A stretch of DNA of 62,492 nucleotides, filler included, from Chthonomonadaceae bacterium (GCA_035650735.1; 3 parts of 3 records of this genome joined end to end with filler, not necessarily neighbours in it), one strand, 5' to 3'. Counted from the first letter of the whole stretch, positions 37,663-47,190 are shown. The notes: a model not told the origin generated them from the letters alone. A program made the numbers and translations.

Positions 37663-39675
37663 TCAGGGCTTCTGATAGAGGGTGAGCGTAGGCAGGATGT
37701 AGAGCAGGTCTTCCGGAAGGATAGGGCTGTATTGCGGCAGGCCGAACACCGGCGCTGGCGGCGGAAAGACAACCTGCCGATAGTTGGGCGGTATGGCCCG
37801 CACGAAGCGCACGGCGGCCTCCAGATGCAGCCGCTTGACGGCGTGCATCGTCTCTATGTTGGAGAGGACGATATAATCCGGCGGGGGCGTGAGGACGCTC
37901 GTATCCCACTCGGCTGCCGGGATGCGCAATTGAAAGCGGATGGTCTGCTCGGCGGCACGGGCGCGCATTGGCGCGGAAGGTGCGCCGAACAGGGGCGACA
38001 GCGGCGGTGAGAAGAACCAGGGCACTTTGGCAAAGGCGACAGAAGCGCCGGACGGGGCCGTCTTCTCCAGATAATCGGCGGCGGAGTCGCGCGGATCGCG
38101 CAGGGTCATCAGCCGGACTAGGCTGAACGTGTAAGCGCCGGTGACTACGACGATTAGCGCGCCGAGGGCCATGCCAACCTGCGCTACCCTAGATTGACGG
38201 AACGGCCCGGCGGCGAGCCGCGCCGTCAACACGCACAGCGCCGGGAAGAGCGGAATCATGTAGCGGGCAAAGCGCACCGCCGAAAGGCCCGTGATGAGAT
38301 AGTAGAGCAGGAGGAAGGCGAGCAGAACCTTATCCTGCCGCGTATGACGGCGCACGGCCAGCGCCAGCCCGACGAGGGCGGCTGTCAACAGGGCATCGCC
38401 CAGGCCGAACCGCAGCGAGATCGCCAGGTGGTACCACCAGCCAGGGCCGGTCTGGAGGAACAGGTCGCCGTGCCCGGCCCGCGCGTGCTCGAAAAGCTCA
38501 TAGCGCACACCAGAGCCGGGATAGGTGCCCTCCCAGAAAGCCTCCCAGTTGAGCCAGGGGCCAGGGCAGGCGATCAGGAAAGCGATGGCGGCAACGCCGA
38601 TCAGGGCCACCCCTTGCAGCGTGCGATCCTTGCTGCGCGTCTCCGGCGGCTTATTCAGGACGTGGGCGGCCAGCGGCGCGATCAAGACAAGGCCCGTATT
38701 GTACTTGGTGGCGGCGGCGAGTCCCGCCCAGACGCCTGCCAGGAGATAGTTTTTCCAGGTAGGCGCGTCCAGCAGGCGCACGGCCCAGAGCAGGGCGAGC
38801 GCCACAAAGAAGGTCGCCGGGACGTCCACCGTCAGAAAGTGGGCGTTCAGGGTGGCCAAGGGCGCGATGGCATAGAGCAGCGCGGCGATCAGGCCCGCCT
38901 GCCGACCGAAACAGCGCCTCCCTAGCGCGAACACGACCGGGATAGTTGCCGCGCCGAGCAGCGCCGTCACCAGCCGCCCGGCCAGGAACAGCGCCGCCTG
39001 TTCGTTGGCCATCTGCGCGGCAGAGGCATTGGCCATAGGCGCCGGAATCAGCCCCCAGCCGCGCCCGACCGTCTGCGCCAGGCTGACCAGGTAGAAATAG
39101 AGCGCGCCGTAGTTATAGAAACCGATATCGAACTGGCCGTGCGGGATGTCGGCGGCACGGGCGGCGTTCAGGTTGACCAGCTCGTCCGGATGGTAGGTCG
39201 CCAGCGGATGGCGCACGTCTGGCAGGCTCCAGCCGATCCCCCACAGCCGCAGCCCCAGCCCCAGCAGGACGATCAGGATGAGGAGGCCCTTCTCCCAACC
39301 TTCTCTCCCACGCTGCGGGAGAGGGGAGGCCCCCACCCCCGCCCCCTCTCCTTCGTAAGGAGAGGGGAGCGGCTCCACTTCCAGGTTCTTTGGTTCTCCT
39401 TTATCTACCCTCATCCCCGACCCTTCTCCCTCCAAGGGAGAAGGGGGAGGAGCAGCCCCCACCCCCGGCCCACTGCTAGGGTCGGCGCTCAACGGTTCGC
39501 GCTGCTGCCTAGCGCCCCCCGGCGCTGCGGGAGAGGGAAGGCCCCCACCCCCTTCCCCTCCCCCAAGAACGGGGGAGGGGAGAGGAGAAGCCGGGTCACC
39601 CCCTTCCCTGGGAGGGAAGGGGGCCGGGGGGTTAGGTGACGGAGGCGTAGGCTCAGGCGGGGAAGGTTGCGCCAC
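37663..39675 (-). CDS. GT-C (GT39/PMT-ArnT-like) membrane glycosyltransferase with a repeat-derived Pro/Gly N-terminal extension
   Basis: YHPDE, AHFLTVD, GLAAATKY, FARYMIP and many TM helices. GTG at 39675 with a GGAGG RBS overlapping the end of pheT. Confidence 0.85.
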   Translation of the reverse strand: MAQPSPPEPTPPSPNPPAPFPPREGGDPASPLPSPVLGGGEGGGGLPSPAAPGGARQQREPLSADPSSGPGVGAAPPPSPLEGEGSGMRVDKGEPKNLEVEPLPSPYEGEGAGVGASPLPQRGREGWEKGLLILIVLLGLGLRLWGIGWSLPDVRHPLATYHPDELVNLNAARAADIPHGQFDIGFYNYGALYFYLVSLAQTVGRGWGLIPAPMANASAAQMANEQAALFLAGRLVTALLGAATIPVVFALGRRCFGRQAGLIAALLYAIAPLATLNAHFLTVDVPATFFVALALLWAVRLLDAPTWKNYLLAGVWAGLAAATKYNTGLVLIAPLAAHVLNKPPETRSKDRTLQGVALIGVAAIAFLIACPGPWLNWEAFWEGTYPGSGVRYELFEHARAGHGDLFLQTGPGWWYHLAISLRFGLGDALLTAALVGLALAVRRHTRQDKVLLAFLLLYYLITGLSAVRFARYMIPLFPALCVLTARLAAGPFRQSRVAQVGMALGALIVVVTGAYTFSLVRLMTLRDPRDSAADYLEKTAPSGASVAFAKVPWFFSPPLSPLFGAPSAPMRARAAEQTIRFQLRIPAAEWDTSVLTPPPDYIVLSNIETMHAVKRLHLEAAVRFVRAIPPNYRQVVFPPPAPVFGLPQYSPILPEDLLYILPTLTLYQKP
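39300..39637. repeat. Palindromic repeat cluster lying inside the glycosyltransferase reading frame
   Basis: Its modules match the intergenic copies at 9249-9304, 17690-17768, 17833-17870 and 35264-35283. Confidence 0.85.
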
Positions 39676-41743
39676 AGCGCGCCTCCAGTTGCTCGCGGAT
39701 CCGGGCCAATGAGTCGTTGACGTCGGCATCCGTCAGGGTGCGGTCGGGCGCTCGGAAGGTGAAGGAGAGCGTGAAGCTCTTCATCCCTTCCGGCAGCGGC
39801 GGCCCGGTGAACACGTCCGTCAGATGGAGCGATTCCAGCAGCGGCACGTTGGCAGCGCAGATGGCGGCCTCCACCGCCGCATAGGGCAGGCTGACGGCAA
39901 CGCGCGGGGCCAGGTCGCGCGTGACCGCCGGGTAGCGCGACAGCGGATGGTAGCGCGGCCCTTCCGGAGGAGTCGCCTGTTGCAGCGCGGCCAGGCTAAT
40001 CTCGAAGGCGTAGACCCGCCCCCGAAGTCCCAGTTTGGCGACCACGCGCGGATGCACTTCGCCGAGGACGCCCTCCGGGCGCTCGTTGCCCAGGTGGATT
40101 ATGGCGGTGCGGCCCGGATGGAATTGCGGCAGGAACGAGGCCAGTTCGCCCAGCGGGCGGAAGGAGGCGTTGGTGATGAAGAGGCCACCCAGCAGCCGCT
40201 CCACGATGCCGCGCAGGGTGGGATAATCGGCGGGGATGGGCGGCACATCGTGCTGCCAGCCCGGCTCGGTCAACTCCCCGATGAGCAGGCCCGCCACGGC
40301 CACGTATTCGACGGTGTCTATGGTATCAATGCCCTCGTTCTGGAACACCCGACCGACCTCGAAGATGGACAGCGCGTGCTGCCCGCGCGCCGCGTTATGC
40401 CTGGCGACTTCCAACAGAGAGGGGATGAGCGAGCGCCGCAGCCCGCTAACCTCCGCCGAGAGCGCGTTGCGGATCGCCACGCGGCGAACGGCATCGTCCG
40501 GCGCATCGAAGAAGGAGGGCGCGCCTAGGCTGTGCGTGACCACCTCCTGCAAGCCGCTGGCCGCGAGCAGCCGCTTAATGCGGATGATGAACCGGCCTTC
40601 GGCGCTGTCGCCTCCCTGCGTGGTGTTCCCGACGGGCAGCGTCTCCGGGATATTCTCGTAGCCGTAGATGCGGCCCACCTCCTCAATTAAGTCCTCTTCA
40701 AGCGTAATATCGGAACGGAAGGTGGGAATATGGACTTCGAGCGTATCCGTCTCGCCGTGCGCGTGGGTCAGCACCTCGAAGCCCAGCGCCCGCAGGCAGT
40801 CGGCGGCGACGTGGGAGGCGATGTCCATGCCCAGTAGCTCGGCGGCGCGGCGCACGCGCAGGAACAGGGTGCGCGGCGCTATCGGATGCGGGTAGATGTC
40901 TACCACGCCGGGCACGGCCTCCGGCTGGCCGATCTCGGCTAATAGCTCACAGGCGCGGTCCAGGGCGCGGCGCACGCCGTCCGGGTCTACCACGCGCTCG
41001 AACCGGTACGAGGCTTCCGTCCGCAGGCCGAGCGCGCGGGCCGTGCGGCGCACCGAGAGCGGATTGAAGTGCGCCGACTCCAGCAGTATGTTGGTCGTCT
41101 GCTCGCTCACCTCCGACTCGGCGCCGCCCATCACGCCCGCCACCGCCACGGGCTTCTCGGCATCCGCAATGATGAGCATGTTCGGCGTCAGTATCCGCTC
41201 CTCGCCGTCCAGGGTCGTGATAGTCTCGCCGGGATGCGGCCTCCGCACGACGATGCGCCCTTCGGCCAGCTTATCCAGATCGAAGGCGTGCAGCGGCTGG
41301 CCGAGTTCCAGCATGACGTAGTTGGTGACATCCACCACGTTGTTGATCGGGCGCATGCCCGCCGCCTCCAGCCGCGCCTGCATCCACGCTGGCGAGGGAC
41401 CGATCTGGATGCCGCGCGCCAGCCGCGCCGCGTAGCGCGGGCACAGATCGAGGTCTTTGATGGTCACGGAGGTCTGCTCGGCGGTTGGGCCACCCTCGGA
41501 GGAAGGCGGCGGCACGGGCGGATGGAGCGGCAGGCCGTAGAGCGCGGCCACTTCCCGCGCCACCCCGATCACCGAGAGGCAGTCGCCCCGGTTGGGCGTG
41601 ACGTAGACATCCAGCACCGGCCCCAGCGGCGACTCTTCGATGCCCTCCACCTCCAGCCCGCCCATCGTCAGGCGCGTTGCGACCTCCTCCGCTCCCGCCT
41701 CGATGCGGACATACTGTTGTAACCACTCTAAGGGTACTCGCAT
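39653..41743 (-). CDS. pheT: Phenylalanine--tRNA ligase beta subunit (short form lacking B2)
   Basis: TPNRGDCLS, INNVVDVTNYV, EEDLIEEVGRIYGY and a C-terminal ferredoxin-fold anticodon-binding domain. Start at MRVPLEWL. Confidence 0.96.
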   Translation of the reverse strand: MRVPLEWLQQYVRIEAGAEEVATRLTMGGLEVEGIEESPLGPVLDVYVTPNRGDCLSVIGVAREVAALYGLPLHPPVPPPSSEGGPTAEQTSVTIKDLDLCPRYAARLARGIQIGPSPAWMQARLEAAGMRPINNVVDVTNYVMLELGQPLHAFDLDKLAEGRIVVRRPHPGETITTLDGEERILTPNMLIIADAEKPVAVAGVMGGAESEVSEQTTNILLESAHFNPLSVRRTARALGLRTEASYRFERVVDPDGVRRALDRACELLAEIGQPEAVPGVVDIYPHPIAPRTLFLRVRRAAELLGMDIASHVAADCLRALGFEVLTHAHGETDTLEVHIPTFRSDITLEEDLIEEVGRIYGYENIPETLPVGNTTQGGDSAEGRFIIRIKRLLAASGLQEVVTHSLGAPSFFDAPDDAVRRVAIRNALSAEVSGLRRSLIPSLLEVARHNAARGQHALSIFEVGRVFQNEGIDTIDTVEYVAVAGLLIGELTEPGWQHDVPPIPADYPTLRGIVERLLGGLFITNASFRPLGELASFLPQFHPGRTAIIHLGNERPEGVLGEVHPRVVAKLGLRGRVYAFEISLAALQQATPPEGPRYHPLSRYPAVTRDLAPRVAVSLPYAAVEAAICAANVPLLESLHLTDVFTGPPLPEGMKSFTLSFTFRAPDRTLTDADVNDSLARIREQLEARCGATFPA

Positions 41744-41912
41744 CCTGTTTATCCCCTGGCTCCCGCTTCGCGCAAGGAACCCTTCAAACAAATCAAAAGA
41801 TTAAGCCCTCTCCATTCCGCTTTGGTAGACACTCCCAGCCGTGTGGATCAATCTCACGCAGCCTGTTGCTGAGGAGATACGTCAACACCGTTGGGAGCGA
41901 TTACCTCCGCTT

Positions 41913-42134
41913 TTAGAGCGCCTCCCATGCCTCCGGGCTGATTCCGGCCTGCCGCAGAATAGAACGCAAGGTTCCGACCGCAAGCTCCCGATGGTGCGGC
42001 ACAATCGCCGTGCGCAGCCCCTCCTCAGCCTGCCTAGCAAATTTGACATGGCTGCCTTCCTGACTTACCTCGGCAAAGCCTGCGGCCAGTAACTTGCGGC
42101 CCACTTCGCGGTAAGGTAGAGGCTTAAGCGGCAT
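41913..42134 (-). CDS. hicA: HicA-family mRNA interferase toxin
   Basis: GF..VSQEGSHVKF..VPHH.EL..GTLRSILRQAG. Confidence 0.92.
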   Translation of the reverse strand: MPLKPLPYREVGRKLLAAGFAEVSQEGSHVKFARQAEEGLRTAIVPHHRELAVGTLRSILRQAGISPEAWEAL

Positions 42135-42330
42135 GCAACTCTACCTCGATGGTACGCATTTGGGGCAGAGCGGTGGCGCAAGGCGGAGTGAAATGGAGAT
42201 GCAGAGCCTCTTGTAGATTTTTCAAGGCTTCCTCTTCCGTCTCTCCCTGGCTGGCAACATCCACTTCCAGACATTGCGCGACAAACCACTCTCCCTCTTG
42301 CCATACCGCTGCCGTAAATTTCCGTCTCAT
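42124..42330 (-). CDS. hicB: Short HicB-family antitoxin
   Basis: EGEWFVAQCLEVDVASQGETEEEALKNLQEAL. Overlaps the hicA start. Confidence 0.9.
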   Translation of the reverse strand: MRRKFTAAVWQEGEWFVAQCLEVDVASQGETEEEALKNLQEALHLHFTPPCATALPQMRTIEVELHAA

Positions 42331-42424
42331 CGGCATCTCCCTCAGCGTTACGAGGCTCCCAGGATAGAATCACATGCCTGCGCATCGGGCACCTCCTTCC
42401 GAGGCAATCTTGTGCAAGGTAGGT

Positions 42425-43411
42425 CTAGAACTGTCTCAGGAAGCGCAGGTCGTTTTCCAGATAGAGGCGCAGGTCGTTCACGTCGGCCTGGATCAAATGG
42501 ATGCGCTCGATGCCAAGCCCGAAGGCAAAGCCGGTGTAGCGCTCGGTATCTATGCCGTGCGCGCGCAGGATGTTCGGATGGATCAGGCCCGCGCCGCCCA
42601 GTTCCAGCCAGCGGCCTTTCCAGGCGATAGCGTAATCCACGCCCGGCTCGACGAACGGGAAGAAGTCGGGCCGGAAGCGCACCAGCGTCTCCGGGCCGAA
42701 CATGGCGCGGGCGAACGAGCCCAGCGTGCCCTTCAGATCGGCCATGCTGATATGCTCATCCACCATAAACACGTCCACCTGATGGAACGTATGGTGGTGC
42801 GTGGCATCTATCGCCTCGTAGCGGAAGCAGCGGCCAATGGTGGCGATGCGGAAGGGCGGGCGGCGCTCGGCCATGATGCGGCCTTGCAGCGCCGTCGTCT
42901 GCGTGCGCAGCAGCTTCCGCTCCGTCACGAAGAACGAGTTCTGCTCGTCCATGGCGGGATGGTCTTCCGGATAGTTGAGGGCGTCGAAGTTATAGCGGTA
43001 GTCTTCCAGTTCCGGGCCATCCACGAACTCGAAGCCCATGCCCGAAAGCACCTCCTTGACCCGCTCCGCGGTCTTGGTCAGGGGATGCAGACCGCCGGTC
43101 AACAGGGGACGGCCGGGCAGAGTGACATCTATGGTCTCTTCTGCCAGACGCCGGGCAAGCTCCGCCTCCTCCAGCTCGGCGCGGCGGGCGGCAATGCGGG
43201 CACTCAGGGCATCCGCCGCCTCGTTAATGCGCGCGCCGAAGGCCGGGCGCTCCTCCGGGGGCAGCGTGCCGATGGTGCGGCGCAGCGCGTTGAGGCTGCC
43301 CTTGCGCCCCAGGTACTGCGCCTCCACGGCGGCCAGATCGGCGGTGCTGGAGGCCGCCTGGACTGCCGCTTCGGCTTCGTGTGTCATTTGGGCAATAGGG
43401 TCCGTTACCAT
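42425..43411 (-). CDS. pheS: Phenylalanine--tRNA ligase alpha subunit
   Basis: HPAMD, LLRTQTT, FHQVD, FPFVEP and GFAFGLGIER. Start at MVTDP. Confidence 0.97.
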   Translation of the reverse strand: MVTDPIAQMTHEAEAAVQAASSTADLAAVEAQYLGRKGSLNALRRTIGTLPPEERPAFGARINEAADALSARIAARRAELEEAELARRLAEETIDVTLPGRPLLTGGLHPLTKTAERVKEVLSGMGFEFVDGPELEDYRYNFDALNYPEDHPAMDEQNSFFVTERKLLRTQTTALQGRIMAERRPPFRIATIGRCFRYEAIDATHHHTFHQVDVFMVDEHISMADLKGTLGSFARAMFGPETLVRFRPDFFPFVEPGVDYAIAWKGRWLELGGAGLIHPNILRAHGIDTERYTGFAFGLGIERIHLIQADVNDLRLYLENDLRFLRQF

Positions 43412-43526
43412 ACAATCCTCCAAACAAGCCAAAACGCCCCACTTCGAGTCTCTCCTGCCGTTGCGGGAGAGGGGAAGATGGGGCGTCTGGAACAAACGCT
43501 GGATAGGCAACAGGTTTGGGACTGCG

Positions 43527-43907
43527 CTAGGCAGCCGCAGGCTCTCCCGCCGGGGTCAGCGCGCTCGTCGCTTGCGCGACGAGCTGCGTAAACGTCTCGG
43601 GATCGCTGACAGCCATCTCCGCCAGCACCTTGCGATCCAGGGTTATGCCGGATTTGGTCAGTCCCTCGATGAAGCGGCAGTACTGCACGCCCTGGGCGCG
43701 GCAGGCCGCGCTGATACGTACGATCCACAGGCGGCGAAACTCGCGCTTTTTGTTGCGGCGGTCCCGGTAAGCATAGTTACCGGACTTCATCCACTGCTCG
43801 TGGGCCGTTTTGTACAGGTTACGCTTGGCACCCCAGTAACCCTTCGTCTCTTGCAGGATCTTCAGGTGGCGCTTATGCGTCATCGTGCCACGTTTGACGC
43901 GCGGCAT
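43527..43907 (-). CDS. rplT: 50S ribosomal protein L20
   Basis: MPRVKRG..YAYRDRRNKKREFRRLWIVRI..LDRKVLA. Confidence 0.98.
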   Translation of the reverse strand: MPRVKRGTMTHKRHLKILQETKGYWGAKRNLYKTAHEQWMKSGNYAYRDRRNKKREFRRLWIVRISAACRAQGVQYCRFIEGLTKSGITLDRKVLAEMAVSDPETFTQLVAQATSALTPAGEPAAA

Positions 43908-44129
43908 AGGGAACGCTCCTTCCTAATTCAATGAGGCAACAGGTCAATGAGTTCGGATTCTCGTGCACTCATTATACCCATATCTCATTGTTTTTAATGC
44001 GGGATGAGGGCCTGAGAAGGCTAAATAACCCAAGTTGCTACCTAGGAACACGTTTGAGAGAGAATCGCTCTGGAAACCGGCTTTTGCATCACCGTTTGCC
44101 TTCTCGAAGAGGCAAGGTAGCAACTTGAG

Positions 44130-44333
44130 TTAAATACTTTCGCCTAGCATCCGGGAAATACGCTTGCGGTCGCCCTTGTAGAGCGAATCGCCGGCCAGCA
44201 AATTGCGGCGGCGGGAACCATCCTTCTTGCGCATCAGGTGGTTGAGGCCGATCTTGCCGCGCATGAGCTTACCGCTGGCGCTCAGGGCAAACCGCTTGGC
44301 GACCGTTTTCCGGGTCTTGACCTTGTTTTTCAT
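44130..44333 (-). CDS. rpmI: 50S ribosomal protein L35
   Basis: KVKTRKTVAKRF..SGK..HL..K, located between infC and rplT. Confidence 0.93.
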   Translation of the reverse strand: MKNKVKTRKTVAKRFALSASGKLMRGKIGLNHLMRKKDGSRRRNLLAGDSLYKGDRKRISRMLGESI

Positions 44334-44538
44334 AATACCAGCCAACTCGCTTTCGATAAGGGTAAAAGAGCCGCATCGTCCACGCGCGAAAAGAAGCCGG
44401 GAAAGCAGCACCCGGCTTCGCAGACGACGTCCGGCAATCTGTTTGTCTAGGTTTTCCCTAACCCATGCGCGCAGGCGCGTAGGGCTACACAAGCCAACGG
44501 GGCAAGAGACGCTCCAGGAGGGCAGTCCCGGACAACGC

Positions 44539-45090
44539 TTACGCCTTGGCGGAGGAAGCGCCCGGTTTGGGGCTGAGCACCATGGTCATCATCCTGCCTT
44601 CGATGGTCGGCGGCTTTTCGATGACGGCATGGTCGGCTACGGCTTCGACCAACTTGTCCATCAGGCGGCGCGCGATCTCCGGGTGCGTGATCTCCCGCGC
44701 CTTGAACTGGATAGTCACCTTGACCTTATCGCCCTCTTCCAGGAACTTCTGCGCAGCGCGCAGGCGCACCTGGAAGTCATGCTCCGCCGTGACAGGACGC
44801 ATCTTAATTCCCTTGACGTCCTGCTGCTTCTGCTTCTTGTGCTGATCGCGCTCCCGCTTGCCCTGCTCGTACTTGTACTTGCCGTAGTCCATGATACGGC
44901 AAACCGGCGGCTGAGCTTGCGGCGCCACTTCGATCAGGTCGAGCCCTTTGTCCTGGGCAAGCGCGAGAGCATCGCGCACGTTCATGATCCCGATGGCCTG
45001 GCCCTCTTCGTCAATGACGCGCACGTCGCGAACGCGCTGTTCGCGCGGCCCCCGCAAAATCTGTTCGTTAACGCGGAAATCTCTGTTGAT
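44539..45090 (-). CDS. infC: Translation initiation factor IF-3, non-canonical ATC start
   Basis: RVNEQI..VRVID..PPVCRIMDYGKYKYE. GAGGGGTGA RBS followed by ATC, with an in-frame TGA two codons upstream. Confidence 0.95.
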   Translation of the reverse strand: MNRDFRVNEQILRGPREQRVRDVRVIDEEGQAIGIMNVRDALALAQDKGLDLIEVAPQAQPPVCRIMDYGKYKYEQGKRERDQHKKQKQQDVKGIKMRPVTAEHDFQVRLRAAQKFLEEGDKVKVTIQFKAREITHPEIARRLMDKLVEAVADHAVIEKPPTIEGRMMTMVLSPKPGASSAKA

Positions 45091-45177
45091 GGATCACCCC
45101 TCCGGCGACACGCAGCGAGACGCGACCGGTTCGCGCCCGGACTCCCAATGTAAGAGTCGTCGTCGCCAGACAAAGGC

Positions 45178-45207
45178 AGTATACCATAGGGAGAGGCTTT
45201 CTGTCAA
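45178..45207 (-). promoter_or_regulatory. Sigma-70 promoter of the infC-rpmI-rplT operon
   Basis: TTGACA-N18-TATACT with a TGn extension. Confidence 0.85.
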
Positions 45208-45210
45208 TCC

Positions 45211-45350
45211 TTCACTGCCGTACACTTTTTGGAAGGAGGGCGTAGAGGTTGCCGCATTGGGTACTCTAGTGCTTACCACAGACACTGGAGAACCTAAAAT
45301 GAGCGACAACCTCACCCGTTATTGTGCCATAAGAGATGCCTTAAAGCGCC
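45211..45350 (+). mobile_element. Left end of an IS and the start of its transposase (ATG 45299, MSDNLTRYCAIRDALKR), cut by the contig gap
   Basis: Homologous to 1-98. GGAG RBS. The assembly breaks inside it. Confidence 0.72.
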
Positions 45351-45450
45351 NNNNNNNNNNNNNNNNNNNNNNNNNNNNNNNNNNNNNNNNNNNNTTAATT
45401 AATTAANNNNNNNNNNNNNNNNNNNNNNNNNNNNNNNNNNNNNNNNNNNN
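45351..45450. other. Artificial contig linker
   Basis: N44-TTAATTAATTAA-N44. Confidence 0.98.
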
Positions 45451-45992
45451 TGAGCGGCGAGCGCTTTCTGGTGGCTCTGGAGCGCAATCTCGTCGGCCTG
45501 CTCACGGGCGATGCGGTACTCCTGGGCCAGCCCCTCCACCGAGAGGCCCATGCTCAGATAGGTATCCGGGGCGTGCTCCATCAGGTAGGGGTTCGGTCTG
45601 GTGGTCGGCCCCATGAAGGGCACCAGGCTCATGCTCTCCGTGCCGCCCGCGATAATGGTCTCGGCCTGCCCGGTCGCGATCTTGGCGGCGGCGGTCGCGA
45701 TGGCCTCCAGCCCGGAGGCACAGAAGCGGTTCAGCGTCAATCCCGGAACGCTCTGGGGCAGCCCGGCGCGCAGGGCCGCGACCCGCGCCACGTTCATTCC
45801 TTGCTCGGCCTCCGGCATCGCGCAGCCAAGAATGACATCCTCTACCTCTTCTGGCGCGATCCCCGGCGTGCGCTCCAGCGCGGCGCGGATCGCCACCGCC
45901 GCCAGGTCGTCCGGGCGCGTATAGCGGAGCGTCCCTTTCGGCGATTTGCCGATAGCCGTGCGGGCCGCCCCCACAATGACAACTTCTCTCAT
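45451..45992 (-). CDS. Acetyl-CoA C-acyltransferase (thiolase), N-terminal part, truncated by the gap
   Basis: [15 protein letters not shown] catalytic Cys and GGTESMS. Confidence 0.93.
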
Positions 45993-46196
45993 GATCGTAT
46001 CCTCTTGGCCACTGCCCCCTGGTTTGTACCTAACCTCCGGCACCCTTTCCCTTTGCCGTCTCTTTTTCACGGAAGGGAGGATAATAGCGCGGAGATTTTA
46101 TGCCCTCATCTTCACTCGCCCAACAACTCTATTGTACAACATCTTGAGTGACTTGAGAATGCACGGGCAAAACGGAAGGCCGCTTCGATTGCCTCC

Positions 46197-47018
46197 TCAG
46201 CCTTTCAGTCCCGTCAGGGCGATGCCGCGCACGAAGAAGCGTTGTGTAAAGAGAAAGACCAGCAGCACCGGAAGAAGGACCAGCATCGCCGCCGCCATCT
46301 GTAGCGGCCAGTTGGTCGTGCCAAACGAGTCCTTGAACAGCGACAGGCCGACCTCCAGCGTCCGCATCTGCGTGGTACTGGTTACCAACAGCGGCCAGAA
46401 GAAGTCCGTCCACGTCGCGATAAAGGCGAAGGCGGCGAGCGTCGCCAGCGCGGGCGCGGAGAGCGGCAGGGCAATGCGCCAGTAGATGCCGAAATCCGAG
46501 CAGCCGTCTATGTGCGCGGCATCGTCTAGCTCTTTAGGCAAGGTCAGGAAGAACTGCCGCATCAGGAAGATGCCGAACGCGCTGGAGAGGCCCGGCACGA
46601 TTAGCGCCCAGTAGGTATCCAGCCACCCAAACCAGCGCACGACCAGGAAGGCCGGGATCATCGTCACCTGCCCTGGAATCATCATCGTTGCCAGGAAAAG
46701 AAAAAAGACGAGGTCGCGCCCCGGAAACCGCAGCCGCGCAAACCCATAGCCCGCCAGCGAGCACAGCGCCAGTTGCCCGACAACCACGCACACGGCCACC
46801 ACCACCGTATTCCAGAGGAAGCGTAGGAACGGCGTCGCGTCCATGCCCAGCACCTCGGCATAGTTCTCGAAGTGCCACTGCCTGGGAAACAGGTGCGACG
46901 GCGTCGGCAGCGCGCCGTGCGAGGGATGCAGCGAGGCGAGCACCATCCACGCGAACGGCGTCACCGTCAGCAGCGCGACCAGAACCATCAAGAGATAACT
47001 GACTGCTGCGCGTAGCAA
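46197..47018 (-). CDS. Carbohydrate ABC transporter permease (MalG-like)
   Basis: EAA-like motif LPKELDDAAHIDG and six TM segments. Confidence 0.93.
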   Translation of the reverse strand: MLRAAVSYLLMVLVALLTVTPFAWMVLASLHPSHGALPTPSHLFPRQWHFENYAEVLGMDATPFLRFLWNTVVVAVCVVVGQLALCSLAGYGFARLRFPGRDLVFFLFLATMMIPGQVTMIPAFLVVRWFGWLDTYWALIVPGLSSAFGIFLMRQFFLTLPKELDDAAHIDGCSDFGIYWRIALPLSAPALATLAAFAFIATWTDFFWPLLVTSTTQMRTLEVGLSLFKDSFGTTNWPLQMAAAMLVLLPVLLVFLFTQRFFVRGIALTGLKG

Positions 47019-47123
47019 GCGTTTTCCTCCAACACTAACAGATTAACCAGGGCTATTCTGTTTGCTTTTCGGGCGGCTGAAGCCGCAGCAACCAGAGCAC
47101 TAAGTCGGCCTTCGCCGACTCTG

Positions 47124-47168
47124 TTCTCCCCTCTCCCACAGCGTGGGAGAGGGGCCGGGGGTGAGGGC
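47124..47168. repeat. CCCTCTCCC/GGGAGAGGG palindromic repeat
   Basis: TTCTCCCCTCTCCCACAGCGTGGGAGAGGGGCCGGGGGTGAGGGC. Confidence 0.8.
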
Positions 47169-47190
47169 TTGCCGCAAATTTATTCGCCCG

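Noticed and set aside
44070..44105. GGCAAAC...GCAAAAGCC on the minus strand (also near 57140) resembling a c-di-GMP-I riboswitch
   Set aside because: The P2 hairpin with its GNRA loop and the P3 receptor are absent.
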